Both the position numbers and the translations under genes were made by a program. This document shows, piece by piece, positions 1 through 7,997 of a stretch of DNA of 43,643 nucleotides. The stretch covers positions 1-43,643 of IMG/VR virus record IMGVR_UViG_3300009179_000001; one strand, 5' to 3'. A model generated the notes under the pieces. That model saw only the letters and a list, made by a program, of their open reading frames with translations. It made no database searches and had not been told where the DNA came from. The stretch's first letter is position 1. Each line of letters opens with the position of its first letter. Source of the DNA: a virus (taxonomy: Duplodnaviria; Caudoviricetes).

Positions 1-123
1 GGTCAGACAGTTAGAGTCAAAAACGCACGAATGATCCTTCGTGTAGAAACAGTTGGTAATCTTGGTATTGCCGGATGCGGTCCCAAGCAAGGAAGCGATA
101 CCCGCATTGGCCACGTTGTACCA
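1..123. repeat. Exact 123-bp direct terminal repeat, copy 1 (identical to 43521-43643); most likely assembly overlap of a circular or circularly permuted genome
   Basis: ggtcagacag...acgttgtacca is present at both ends, and the ORF starting at 43443 reads in frame through the junction to a stop at 207. Confidence 0.95.
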
Positions 124-207
124 CAGACCACATGCACGTGTCATTCGGCGGCGGAATGCGCACCCGAGGCGGCAGCATCCATTGATGCGTGGCCGGTTTG
201 GAGATGA
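1..207 (+). CDS. 3' part of a junction-spanning DUF6948-like protein (begins at 43443; 94 aa in total)
   Basis: Joined translation is MKAIIYHGANGRCMIYGDIDGDLPLPGQTVRVKNARMILRVETVGNLGIAGCGPKQGSDTRIGHVVPQTTCTCHSAAECAPEAAASIDAWPVWR*. 'V.VKNAR' and 'EAAASI..WPVW' resemble DUF6948. The stop overlaps the next ATG (ATGA at 204-207). Confidence 0.65.
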   Translation, partial: GQTVRVKNARMILRVETVGNLGIAGCGPKQGSDTRIGHVVPQTTCTCHSAAECAPEAAASIDAWPVWR

Positions 208-803
208 TTTTTTACGGAGACGGATTCGGAGACGGATTCGGATACGGAGACGGATTCGGATATGGATATGGAGACGGAGACGGATACGGATACGGAGACG
301 GAGACGGATTCGGAGACGGAGACGGATACGGAGACGGAGACGGATTCGGATATGGATATGGAGACGGAGACGGACACGGATTCGGAGACGGATACGGAGA
401 CGGATTCGGGGACGGATTCGGAGACGGATATGGAGACGGATTCGGAGACGGATACGGATACGGAGACGGATTCGGATTAGGAGACGGATACGGATACGGA
501 GACGGAGACGGAGACGGATATGGATTAGGAGACGGATACGGATACGGAGACGGAGACGGATTCGGATATGGATTAGGATACGGAAAAGCAATATCAACAA
601 TCGGACAAAGGGAAGTAATTCATATAACAGTTTTTGATTACATAAAAATCGGATGCCAAATCCACACGTTTGAATGGTGGGAGGTTAATTGGTGTCAGGT
701 TGCCCGCGAATATGACGTCAAGATAACTAGAGAAGAAGTTGTCGAGATATTTGATACGATAAAAATGAAACGCGTCAAAGACGCAGAATTGGAGTCAAGA
801 TGA
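204..803 (+). CDS. Gly-X (GDGYG/GFG) repeat protein with C-terminal 'IKIGCQIHTFEWW' domain, copy B
   Basis: ATG at 204 is coupled to the upstream stop; 6-bp-period GGAnnn tract at ~216-584; the C-terminal 217 bp are near-identical to 43233-43449. Confidence 0.8.
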   Translation: MIFYGDGFGDGFGYGDGFGYGYGDGDGYGYGDGDGFGDGDGYGDGDGFGYGYGDGDGHGFGDGYGDGFGDGFGDGYGDGFGDGYGYGDGFGLGDGYGYGDGDGDGYGLGDGYGYGDGDGFGYGLGYGKAISTIGQREVIHITVFDYIKIGCQIHTFEWWEVNWCQVAREYDVKITREEVVEIFDTIKMKRVKDAELESR

Positions 804-979
804 AAGACGCAGAATTGAAAAAAATTGTCAACGAGTGGTGTTACGAACAACTTGTGAGGGCCATTGGAAACAGCGATGTGCCCGATGAATGCAGGATGCA
901 GGAGAACAAATTCAAATTGATGGTAGGAGTAGTTGCTGACGGAATATTATCCAGAAACAACCGTGAAAAGAAAGACTGA
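800..979 (+). CDS. Hypothetical protein, 59 aa (MKDAELKKIVNEWCYEQ...)
   Basis: Read manually; ATGA overlap with the previous stop, GGAG upstream; below the ORF-track cutoff. Confidence 0.6.
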   Translation: MKDAELKKIVNEWCYEQLVRAIGNSDVPDECRMQENKFKLMVGVVADGILSRNNREKKD

Positions 980-981
980 CA

Positions 982-1037
982 TGCGAAACGGGCCTAGGCC
1001 CGTAGGCGGCTTGGCAACCGCCCTGATGAGCGCCCAA
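982..1037 (+). ncRNA. Type II hammerhead ribozyme
   Basis: UGC-GAAA (985-988); stem III ACGGGC/GCCCGU; GUA cleavage triplet (1002-1004); stem I GGCGG/CCGCC (1005-1009/1018-1022); CUGAUGA (1023-1029); stem II GCG/UGC. Loop I UUGG can pair with 3' CCAA (1034-1037). Intergenic. Confidence 0.9.
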
Positions 1038-1066
1038 AAAAGGATACACATGAAAAAGGAATATAA

Positions 1067-1381
1067 ATGAGCAAAAAATATACAATTATGATGGAAGTTT
1101 TTAGAATGTACAAAGAAGGAATGTCACCTGATGACATACGAAAGACAACTGGTTTGAAAAAAACCGCTGTAAGTGTTTATATTTCCAAATTCAGAAGAGC
1201 GTATGATCATACAGAATGTGATGTTTGCCACCGCATGATTAGAGGAAGAGCGTTTTATTTTAGGGGCAAAAATATGCATGGGGAGTGTCTTATAGAACAC
1301 GGCACATCTTTGGGCGAGTCTGTTGTAGGAGTGGATCATAATCCTGTTTTTTCAAGAAGTGAATCCGTTTTTGAATTTTAA
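1067..1381 (+). CDS. Small HTH protein with a C-terminal Cys/His (Zn) motif
   Basis: 'GMSPDDIRKTTGLKKTAVSVYI' is HTH-like; CxxC...HxxC; RBS AAGGA. Confidence 0.55.
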   Translation: MSKKYTIMMEVFRMYKEGMSPDDIRKTTGLKKTAVSVYISKFRRAYDHTECDVCHRMIRGRAFYFRGKNMHGECLIEHGTSLGESVVGVDHNPVFSRSESVFEF

Positions 1382-1406
1382 AACAGCGTGATTCTTGAGG
1401 AACCAC

Positions 1407-2372
1407 ATGAAAGATCGATTTTGGTTTGAGCACGACTCGAACGCACATTCGGATCCATTGATAATAAAGTTACGCATGAAGTATGGGCTCGCAGCATACG
1501 GTGCATTTTGGATAGCTATTGAGTCACTTAGGGACGCGGACGGATATCAAATAGATCTATCTATGATAGATGCGTTATGCTTCGAGTACAGGATGGATAG
1601 GGAGTGGTTTGATTTCATGATTGAAACAGGTCTTTTCAAATGTGACAATTCATTTTTCTGGTCTGAATCTTTGAAACGAAGAATGAAAGCATGGGACTCC
1701 AAACGAAATAGCTATGCCAGACGCGGAGCTGCTGGAGGTAGAGCAAAAGCAGAGCGTATGTCTAGCTCAGCTACAGCACAGGCACAGCAAAGCTCTGGCT
1801 GTGCTCTACCAATAACAGAACATAACATAACAGAAGAGAAGAGAAGAGAAGAGTCACACATTACGCGCACACGTGCGCGCGACGGGGAAATAGAATATCG
1901 AAAACGAGTCGATAATGAATTTGATCTATTTTGGGCAGCATATCCTAAGAAGGTAGGAAAGAAGGCAGCGCTTAAAGCGCTCCAAAAGGCCCGTAAATCG
2001 GGTTGCCCCGAAATTGAGGTCTTGGTAGGGGCTATCGATAAACATCGAAAATCGGCCCAATGGCGTCGCGACGGTGGGCAGTACATCCCGAACCCGGCGA
2101 CGTGGTTGAACGAAGGCCGTTGGGATGACATTCCCTTGGATGGTCCGGCCCGAAAATTGCTCCCCCAGGAACAAGCGCAGTTGGCGATCCAGGAGTGGCT
2201 CGCAGAGGAAGAGGAGAAAGTACGCAATGGACAGTCGAGCGATAGCGGAAGCGTTACAGATGATTTCGGAGTCATATCCGGGTCGGTGGCAGCCAACAAA
2301 ACAAACAACGCAAGTGTGGTCAAGGATGCTCAAGGACATAGACCAGAGATTCGGACTCGCGGCGGTGACTGA
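1407..2372 (+). CDS. Phage replication initiator (DUF4373/Lin1244-like N-terminus)
   Basis: N-terminal 'WFEHDSNAHSDPLIIKLRMKYGLAAYGAFWIAIE'; C-terminal 'FDLFWAAYPKKVGKKAA...YIPNPATWLNEGRWDD'; internal iteron-like repeats. Confidence 0.85.
   Translation: MKDRFWFEHDSNAHSDPLIIKLRMKYGLAAYGAFWIAIESLRDADGYQIDLSMIDALCFEYRMDREWFDFMIETGLFKCDNSFFWSESLKRRMKAWDSKRNSYARRGAAGGRAKAERMSSSATAQAQQSSGCALPITEHNITEEKRREESHITRTRARDGEIEYRKRVDNEFDLFWAAYPKKVGKKAALKALQKARKSGCPEIEVLVGAIDKHRKSAQWRRDGGQYIPNPATWLNEGRWDDIPLDGPARKLLPQEQAQLAIQEWLAEEEEKVRNGQSSDSGSVTDDFGVISGSVAANKTNNASVVKDAQGHRPEIRTRGGD
1742..1880. repeat. Probable replication origin: six degenerate 11-bp-period iterons followed by an A/G-rich tract
   Basis: Units at 1742, 1753, 1764, 1775, 1786 and 1797 (AGCAAAAGCAG, AGCGTATGTCT, AGCTCAGCTAC, AGCACAGGCAC, AGCAAAGCTCT, GGCTGTGCTCT), then ATAAC and GAAGA repeats; located inside the initiator gene as in lambda O. 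Confidence 0.55.
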
Positions 2373-2796
2373 GTTGTGCGGATCGGGAGATTGGCCGCCG
2401 ACGATATCGCAGGTCCGTAGGATGGCCTACAATCTGTCGCGCGGCACTGTTGCCCCTCCGAGCCCGTGGGAGGCCTGGGAACGAGCGGTCAATGGAGATA
2501 CAGCGGGTGACATCGAAAAGCGGGCCCTTGAGCTCGTCGGAGGCTCATACGCAGTGAGGCGAGGTGAATCACCGGAGATAATCCGGGCGCAGTTTCTGAA
2601 GTGCTACTCAGAGCTACTCGAAAAACACGACCGTGAGATCTGCGCGATTCCAGAGGCAAAACAACTCGCGTTTGAAAACCGACCGGAAATAACGCCCTTG
2701 GAGCGGCAAGTAGAGGCTCCAGAGGAATATACTCCGGTATCGGCTGACGACATCATGGACGCTATCAAGAATCTTGAATCACATGTACGGATATGA
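2227..2796 (+). CDS. Helicase loader/inhibitor (G39P-like)
   Basis: Directly follows the initiator; 'YPG...QVWSRMLKD...WPPTISQVR...PSPWEAWERA...IRAQFLKCY' pattern; RBS GGAG. Confidence 0.7.
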   Translation: MDSRAIAEALQMISESYPGRWQPTKQTTQVWSRMLKDIDQRFGLAAVTELCGSGDWPPTISQVRRMAYNLSRGTVAPPSPWEAWERAVNGDTAGDIEKRALELVGGSYAVRRGESPEIIRAQFLKCYSELLEKHDREICAIPEAKQLAFENRPEITPLERQVEAPEEYTPVSADDIMDAIKNLESHVRI

Positions 2797-2865
2797 CAAA
2801 TAAAGAACTCCAAATTTGCAAAAGCAAAATACTGAAATGGCACGCAACTTGAAGGGTGAAGTGGT

Positions 2866-3171
2866 ATGAAACCGAACAAATCAGGGTACTGGGAGTACCA
2901 GGGTGAACCGTGCAAGGTAACATTGGGTGAAGGAATATTTGAAAACGATGGGTTGTTTTTTCATACATTCAATAACCAAAATGGCACGGTAGATGAATCC
3001 GACGATATAGATTGGGGCTCTGAAATCATAATGGAACCCTCGATTAAAAAGTCCGAACTCATCTCCGAGATCGAAAGCCGCATGATGGATTGGGAAGATC
3101 GCGAGACCCAAATCGAAAAGGCCGCATATGGAATCCTGTATCATCTCCTGGTCTGGGTGAAGCAGAAATGA
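2866..3171 (+). CDS. Hypothetical protein, Trp-motif small family (P..SGYW...WGSEI..P)
   Basis: ORF track; motif shared with 6709, 39537 and 41888. Confidence 0.65.
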   Translation: MKPNKSGYWEYQGEPCKVTLGEGIFENDGLFFHTFNNQNGTVDESDDIDWGSEIIMEPSIKKSELISEIESRMMDWEDRETQIEKAAYGILYHLLVWVKQK

Positions 3172-3235
3172 AAATGCCACTTCCGAAACCGCTAAAACAA
3201 GGAGAAACACCATAATCCAGTGTTGATGAGTAGAG

Positions 3236-4099
3236 ATGAAAACTGATGGATATAAGGTTTTTACTAACGATTTGAGGAGTCCAATACAGAGGGGAGAACC
3301 GGTGTGGAATGGAACCATACCGTTTGATCTCCCCACGGTAGAGTTGGATGAATCTGAAAATGAGTGCGGAGCCGGGTGGAATTTCTGCCGGTCAAGTTCG
3401 GATGCTCTTAGAATTGCAGGTCTTTGGCCCAACGGTAGGCCTTCGAGGTTGTTTAGTGTTAGCTGTGAATCGGCGATAGAGCGAGGAGATAAGTTGAGAT
3501 CTTCTAATCTCAAAATCGTAGATGAAATAACAGACATAAGATTTGCAATAACTGAGATGTCTATACCATTCGGAAAATTTGCCGAGAATATGGTAAACGA
3601 GCAACTCGAGTGGAGATTGGCTCTATCGCGACCGTTTAAAAACAAAACCGAAATAGAGTCAGGGCTGAGAGAAGCTCTTACGAAACGAGGACTGAATTGG
3701 AAACTGAAACAATTTAAATCAGCAAAGGACGCCAGGTCCGCCAGTGGATCCTGGGACGCCTGTGATTCAAGGTGCTCTAGTGGCGCAAGGCCATCCAGGG
3801 CCGCCAGGAACGCCTGGGACACCAGTGCCGCCGGTGTATCCTGGAGCGCCATGGCCTCCTTGGCCACCTGGGGAGCTTGGGAAGCCATGTCATCCTGGTC
3901 CACTAGGGACATCATGGGCTCAAGGGACGCCAATGCCGCCAAAAACGCATTGACAGTTTATTACGCTTCCAAAAAAAAATGGATCAATTTTCCGGAATAT
4001 TATCTAACCGTTGGAATAAGAAACGCATACAAAAATGGACTGGAAATTGCAATTCCAACAGGTCCGTCTGAGCTAGGTTGGTCCATGGAGCGAGCATGA
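3236..4099 (+). CDS. Hypothetical phage protein with a degenerate AWDA/ARAA-type repeat
   Basis: N-terminal 'ECGAGWNFCR...DKLR' domain; 9-bp-period GCC(A/T)GGGAC-like tract at ~3727-3940. Confidence 0.75.
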   Translation: MKTDGYKVFTNDLRSPIQRGEPVWNGTIPFDLPTVELDESENECGAGWNFCRSSSDALRIAGLWPNGRPSRLFSVSCESAIERGDKLRSSNLKIVDEITDIRFAITEMSIPFGKFAENMVNEQLEWRLALSRPFKNKTEIESGLREALTKRGLNWKLKQFKSAKDARSASGSWDACDSRCSSGARPSRAARNAWDTSAAGVSWSAMASLATWGAWEAMSSWSTRDIMGSRDANAAKNALTVYYASKKKWINFPEYYLTVGIRNAYKNGLEIAIPTGPSELGWSMERA

Positions 4100-4362
4100 A
4101 ATGTGAACACAAACACACCAAATATCAACCCACAGATGAAGAGTGGAGATGTCCTAGTTGTGATAGTATCGATTTTTTTATAGATGATGGTCCAAATATG
4201 GAATGCGATTTGATTCACGACGACGACTATATTTTTTGCAATTCATGCAAAGAAGACGAATCAGGAAAGTCATTTGTTAGTAAATTATTAAAAAGAAAAA
4301 AATTGGTGATATGCCCTCACTGCAATGGAAAAGGTATGATTAAAAATGTTAAAACCGTGTAA
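4096..4362 (+). CDS. Cys-rich zinc-finger protein
   Basis: CPSC, CNSC and CPHCNGKG motifs; ATGA overlap. Confidence 0.7.
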   Translation: MKCEHKHTKYQPTDEEWRCPSCDSIDFFIDDGPNMECDLIHDDDYIFCNSCKEDESGKSFVSKLLKRKKLVICPHCNGKGMIKNVKTV

Positions 4363-4657
4363 AGCGTGTGGTGCAAAACCTATTTTGGTTAAGACACCTT
4401 TCCCGTTTGTTGAATGTGTTAGTTCCGATTGTTGGAGCGGTCCAGCTTGCAAAACTAAAGAAAAAGCCGAGTATGAATGGAATAGGCTTATGGGGGAGAC
4501 AGAAGATAACAGGAATGTAGTCGCTTCAATGTTCGAACATGGAGTCACTACAGTAATATGCGATGACGGATCTGTATTTTGTACTTCTGATATTTCTAAT
4601 GGATGGTCTCCTCAAAAACCAATACCAGGGACTAAGGCTGACAAAAAACATGCATAA
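4346..4657 (+). CDS. Lar-like (restriction alleviation) Zn-ribbon protein
   Basis: 'MLKPCKACGAKP...VECVSSDC...TKEKAEYEWNR' matches the LKPCPFCG...WN.R pattern. Confidence 0.65.
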   Translation: MLKPCKACGAKPILVKTPFPFVECVSSDCWSGPACKTKEKAEYEWNRLMGETEDNRNVVASMFEHGVTTVICDDGSVFCTSDISNGWSPQKPIPGTKADKKHA

Positions 4658-4847
4658 GAGACTAATAAAAGTAATCGAATCACAACTTGGAATGGCCATT
4701 TATTACGTGAATGAAATATCTAAAATATTGCCTGATGTGAACGATCCCGATGCTAATGAGTATGAAGGAGAATTACTAGATGTGTGTTTAGCTATGGGTG
4801 TCCTCGAGGAATTGCGTAAAAAAATACAAGAAAGGTTACAAAAATGA
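4650..4847 (+). CDS. Hypothetical protein
   Basis: ORF overlapping both neighbours; start reassigned to the ATG at 4650. Confidence 0.55.
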   Translation: MHKRLIKVIESQLGMAIYYVNEISKILPDVNDPDANEYEGELLDVCLAMGVLEELRKKIQERLQK

Positions 4848-5188
4848 GTTTCGAAAAATTTGATATTGCACTGCTTGGTGGAGGCGCCGCGGTTGCGCAG
4901 ATAAACCATTGGGTAGCCGAGGCAATCAAAGATTGCATGGACCCGAACAAAGAACGTGATGCGGTCAGAAAGGTATCCCTTGAAATCAAGATTTCATGCG
5001 CTCAAGACGCTGAGTCAGCTGGGGTTTCCTATCGTGTGATTCCGAAGTTTCCGGCCGACGCAGCAGGCGTTGATATGGTTGCAATCAGCCGCACAACACA
5101 AGAGGCATATATCAACACGGATAAACAAATACCCCTCGGTTTCGACGCGGAAAACGTAGAGGTTACGGAAATTAGAGGTGCAAAGTGA
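4844..5188 (+). CDS. Conserved phage protein, first of a common gene pair
   Basis: 'GGAAVAQINH...DPN...RKVSLEIKI' pattern seen upstream of 5185-type genes. Confidence 0.6.
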   Translation: MSFEKFDIALLGGGAAVAQINHWVAEAIKDCMDPNKERDAVRKVSLEIKISCAQDAESAGVSYRVIPKFPADAAGVDMVAISRTTQEAYINTDKQIPLGFDAENVEVTEIRGAK

Positions 5189-5898
5189 TCAAGGAAGCAA
5201 TTAATAGAATATTGGAATTACAACGGCCCGAGGTGTTCACGGATGCGAATGAAATGCAGCGATACACCGGGACGAATAAGCTTGTAGGATTGCCGACGCA
5301 GGCACATGCGCCCGTTGTATGCTCATCGCTCGAATCACTGTGCAAGTTCGCGCTGGAGACAAAACCTGAACCGTTTTTCGAAATCACAGGACCGGCATCA
5401 GTGTCGCTGATTGAAATCAACACATACGACGGTCAAGAAGAGAAGGAATCGATTTGCAGTTGCAAGGCGATTCTTCCGGAGAATTTCCCATTTGGTCAAT
5501 TTCTTGAGCCCGATAAATTTACGATCAAAGCCTGCGATTTTTTCGAGAGAAACGACAATTTCAAGTCAATGATTGCAACCGTTTCGTCAATCACGGATTT
5601 TAATCAGACCGACGTCGAAGATGACGGCCTTTCTCAGACGGCAACCACAAAAACAGGAGTTGGCCGCAAAGACCGCAAGACCATCGATCCATTTATAGCG
5701 CTGAGATCCTACCGTACTTTCCGCGAGATCGAACAGCCGGAGGTATCTTATCTGCTGCGGATTCAGAAGGGACAGCAAGGCAGTGCTCCGCTCGTAGCTC
5801 TGTTCGAGGCATCTGGATACCACTGGAAGATCCAAGCAATCGATGGAATCGCAAAATACATCGCGGAAAAAATTCCAACGGCATTGGTGATGAAATGA
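5185..5898 (+). CDS. Conserved phage protein, second of the pair
   Basis: 'MIKEAINRILEL...DDGLSQTATTKTG...LRSYRTFREIEQPE...ALFEASGYHWKIQAI'; GTG start coupled to the previous stop. Confidence 0.7.
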   Translation: MIKEAINRILELQRPEVFTDANEMQRYTGTNKLVGLPTQAHAPVVCSSLESLCKFALETKPEPFFEITGPASVSLIEINTYDGQEEKESICSCKAILPENFPFGQFLEPDKFTIKACDFFERNDNFKSMIATVSSITDFNQTDVEDDGLSQTATTKTGVGRKDRKTIDPFIALRSYRTFREIEQPEVSYLLRIQKGQQGSAPLVALFEASGYHWKIQAIDGIAKYIAEKIPTALVMK

Positions 5899-6062
5899 AA
5901 AACCGACATCGAGATCCTAATCATCCATATTGGAGGATGAAATCAAACCAAGTCGTAAGAGCACTTCGAGACAAGCGAATAAAGGCTCAAAGACTGAAAA
6001 TGGGCCACACGTGCTACGATGCGGCGCGGTGTGATTGCGAAGTAAGAAAGGGAAATGCATGA
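5895..6062 (+). CDS. Hypothetical basic protein, 55 aa
   Basis: Read manually (MKNRHRDPNHPYWR...); ATGA overlaps at both ends. Confidence 0.55.
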   Translation: MKNRHRDPNHPYWRMKSNQVVRALRDKRIKAQRLKMGHTCYDAARCDCEVRKGNA

Positions 6063-6565
6063 AAAAGCGAAGCATCGAGCACGAAATCCAGTGTGCATTT
6101 TTCGAGGCCTGTAAATCCATTCCGGGCTGCGAGTACATGCACGCGATCCCTAATGCTGTACCAGTGAGAACGGGTGGGCTCAGCAAGGATGCAGCTCGAC
6201 TGGCTCGCATTATAGCGCAAAAACACATGACCAGAGAGGGCAGAAAATCTGGCGTTCTCGATGTTTTCAATCCTAAGCCGATAACATTGATTCGTAAAAC
6301 AGAGAGAACGGAATTCACCCGTTCGTGGAACGGCCTCTACATCGAATTCAAGCGGCCCGCTTCGGTGGTCAACGGTAAAAAATCTGTGGCCGGGCAACTG
6401 AAGTCTGAGCAGGCAGAGTTCATCCTGTACGCGGATCGCAACGGATACGCAGTCGAGGTGTGTTTCTCAGTGCAAGAGGGAGTCAATACCGTGCTTCGAT
6501 ATTTAAGGGGCGAGCACAGCAACTCGGCGGCCGTGGCGCTGGCGAATAGGAAGTTGAAGTTATGA
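6059..6565 (+). CDS. VRR-NUC family nuclease
   Basis: 'EHEIQ...HAIPN...EGRKSGVLD...GLYIEFK...GQLKSEQ.EF...GYAVEVC'. Confidence 0.85.
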   Translation: MKKRSIEHEIQCAFFEACKSIPGCEYMHAIPNAVPVRTGGLSKDAARLARIIAQKHMTREGRKSGVLDVFNPKPITLIRKTERTEFTRSWNGLYIEFKRPASVVNGKKSVAGQLKSEQAEFILYADRNGYAVEVCFSVQEGVNTVLRYLRGEHSNSAAVALANRKLKL

Positions 6566-6684
6566 AAGAGCGACCGATAATTTTTAACGAACCAATGGTG
6601 CGAGCTATATTGGAAGGGAACATCTCACTATCGTGCGAGGTTCGGAGCACAGGCGAAAGATTGACCAGAAACTCTCCGGTTTGA
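6562..6684 (+). pseudogene. Truncated remnant of the 'MKERPIIF...MVRAILEG(RKTQTRR)' ASCH-like phage protein
   Basis: The first 19 aa match the family N-terminus, then the sequence diverges and stops at codon 41. Confidence 0.6.
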
Positions 6685-6708
6685 AATCGGCTTTAAAAAG
6701 GGCTGAGA

Positions 6709-6927
6709 ATGTCGGAACAAAAACACACTGATTCACCGGGTTGGTGGTGGTGATGGAGAACAGCTACCAAGCGGTGGGAACCAATATCTGTATACCGCGC
6801 CGAGGACGGTATTTGTCGAATATCTGGGATACTGAGAGACGTTAGAACGGTTCCGGTAAACCAATGGGCGAATAAAATAGAAATGCCAAACTGGATACCA
6901 GAAACTGACTATACAAAGGAGGGGTGA
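6709..6927 (+). pseudogene. Trp-motif family gene interrupted by an in-frame TGA at 6751 (or a readthrough gene)
   Basis: MSEQKHTDSPGWWW*WRTATKRWEPISV...NQWANKIEMP...KEG*; the frame stays open and ends in a TGATG overlap with the next gene. Confidence 0.6.
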
Positions 6928-7118
6928 TGAATAATAAAGTTGCAGAAATATATAAGGAAATAAAGGCAATGGATAACGTGTCTAGATTGGAAGTGGCTGC
7001 CTCATTATTGATGATTAATCCATTACATCCAATAGCGATTACAATTATTGATATGGTGAGCACTGAATTGAATGCAGCCGTGTTGTTGAGTGCCGGAAAG
7101 CGTAGCAGAGATGAGTAA
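6927..7118 (+). CDS. Hypothetical protein
   Basis: Strong RBS AAGGAGG; overlaps the next gene. Confidence 0.6.
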   Translation: MNNKVAEIYKEIKAMDNVSRLEVAASLLMINPLHPIAITIIDMVSTELNAAVLLSAGKRSRDE

Positions 7119-7995
7119 TCCAATTCAATGGTGCACAGAGGTTTGGAATCCTGTCGTTGGTTGCAGCCATGTTTCATCCGGGTGCGACAACTGTTACGCC
7201 GCGAGAATGGCGAGCAGGTTTAGACAGGAAGGTGAGGAGTTTGCAGGATTGACAGGGAAAGACGAATGCAATTGCGGTTATTATTGTGATTGTGACGGAT
7301 ATTCAAAAGGACCATTTAACGGGACGGTTAAGTTCAAGCCGAACCGCCTCGAAAAACCGTTCCATTGGAAGAAGCCGCGCCGAATCTTTGTCACCTCCAT
7401 GGGCGACCTTTGGCACCCGTCGGTAACTCGAGAGCAAAGGGCGGCCGTGTTTGGTGTGATCTGCTCAACTCCACATATCTATCTCGACCTTACAAAGAGG
7501 CCTGAAAATCGCCTCGAATGGTTCAGCGAGAAGCGGACCACCGAGCAATGGATGGAATGGTTGCGATTGCACATGAACGACAACGGCATCAAGGGGAAAC
7601 CGAATTCATCTTGGCCCCCTCCTAACTACTGGTCCGGGGTGAGCGTAGAAGACCAGAAGACGGCCGATGATAGAATCCCTCTGTTGCTTCATACTTCGGC
7701 CGCGAAACGGTTTGTGAGTTACGAGCCGGCGCTTGGGCCCTTGAACTTTTCATCCATTCAGGATGGTAGAACGCGCCCTATGGAGTTTTCGGCCCGATAT
7801 CTGCCGTTTGCAGCCATGAGCTTGATCATCTGCGGAGCCGAAACCGGCCCGCACAAAAGGCCGATGAGTCTCGATTGGGCGCGGTCCGTGCGCGATCAGT
7901 GCAAGGCCGCCGGTGTGCACTTCTGGTTTAAAAAAGATTCATATGGAAACGAAACGCTCGACGGGGTTGACCATCACCCGGAGTTTTGGAGGTAA
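7111..7995 (+). CDS. DUF5131 / phage Gp37-Gp68 family protein
   Basis: 'IQWCTEVWNPVVGCSHVSSGCDNCYA', 'IFVTSMGDLWH', 'LTKRP', 'RFVSYEPALGP', 'GAETGP...W..SVRDQC'. Confidence 0.92.
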   Translation: MSNPIQWCTEVWNPVVGCSHVSSGCDNCYAARMASRFRQEGEEFAGLTGKDECNCGYYCDCDGYSKGPFNGTVKFKPNRLEKPFHWKKPRRIFVTSMGDLWHPSVTREQRAAVFGVICSTPHIYLDLTKRPENRLEWFSEKRTTEQWMEWLRLHMNDNGIKGKPNSSWPPPNYWSGVSVEDQKTADDRIPLLLHTSAAKRFVSYEPALGPLNFSSIQDGRTRPMEFSARYLPFAAMSLIICGAETGPHKRPMSLDWARSVRDQCKAAGVHFWFKKDSYGNETLDGVDHHPEFWR

Positions 7996-7997
7996 AT

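Noticed and set aside
1-123. Biological terminal repeat of the virion DNA
   Set aside because: It falls mid-gene next to repeats, and its length is typical of assembler overlaps; it cannot be taken as the physical genome end without read data
216-584. CRISPR array
   Set aside because: Continuous 6-bp-period coding repeat with no repeat-spacer structure; no cas genes
53-637. Arg/Ile-rich, Ser/Val-rich and Glu/Thr/Asp-rich ORFs over the Gly repeats (also 141-377, 262-480, 42851-43243, 43059-43280)
   Set aside because: Shadow frames of the 6-bp repeat; only the Gly-X frame has an RBS or coupling and the conserved C-terminal domain
590-806. Diversity-generating retroelement TR/VR pair (with 43233-43449)
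   Set aside because: The 8 mismatches are not adenine-specific in either copy, both copies are coding, and no reverse transcriptase is present
1128-1143. CTGATGA-CATAC-GAAA, a second hammerhead core
   Set aside because: No stem II closing pair, no convincing stems I/III, and it lies inside a coding region
2838-2853. TGGCACGCAACTTGAA sigma54-like site
   Set aside because: The -12 element is GA rather than the near-invariant GC
2881-3942. Long minus-strand ORFs (also 1712-2323, 18053-18748, 40098-40909)
   Set aside because: Antisense shadows of well-supported + strand genes, with no recognisable motifs
6751-6753. Genome-wide TGA reassignment
   Set aside because: Many genes end in TGA within ATGA/TGATG overlaps, and long genes are uninterrupted in the standard code
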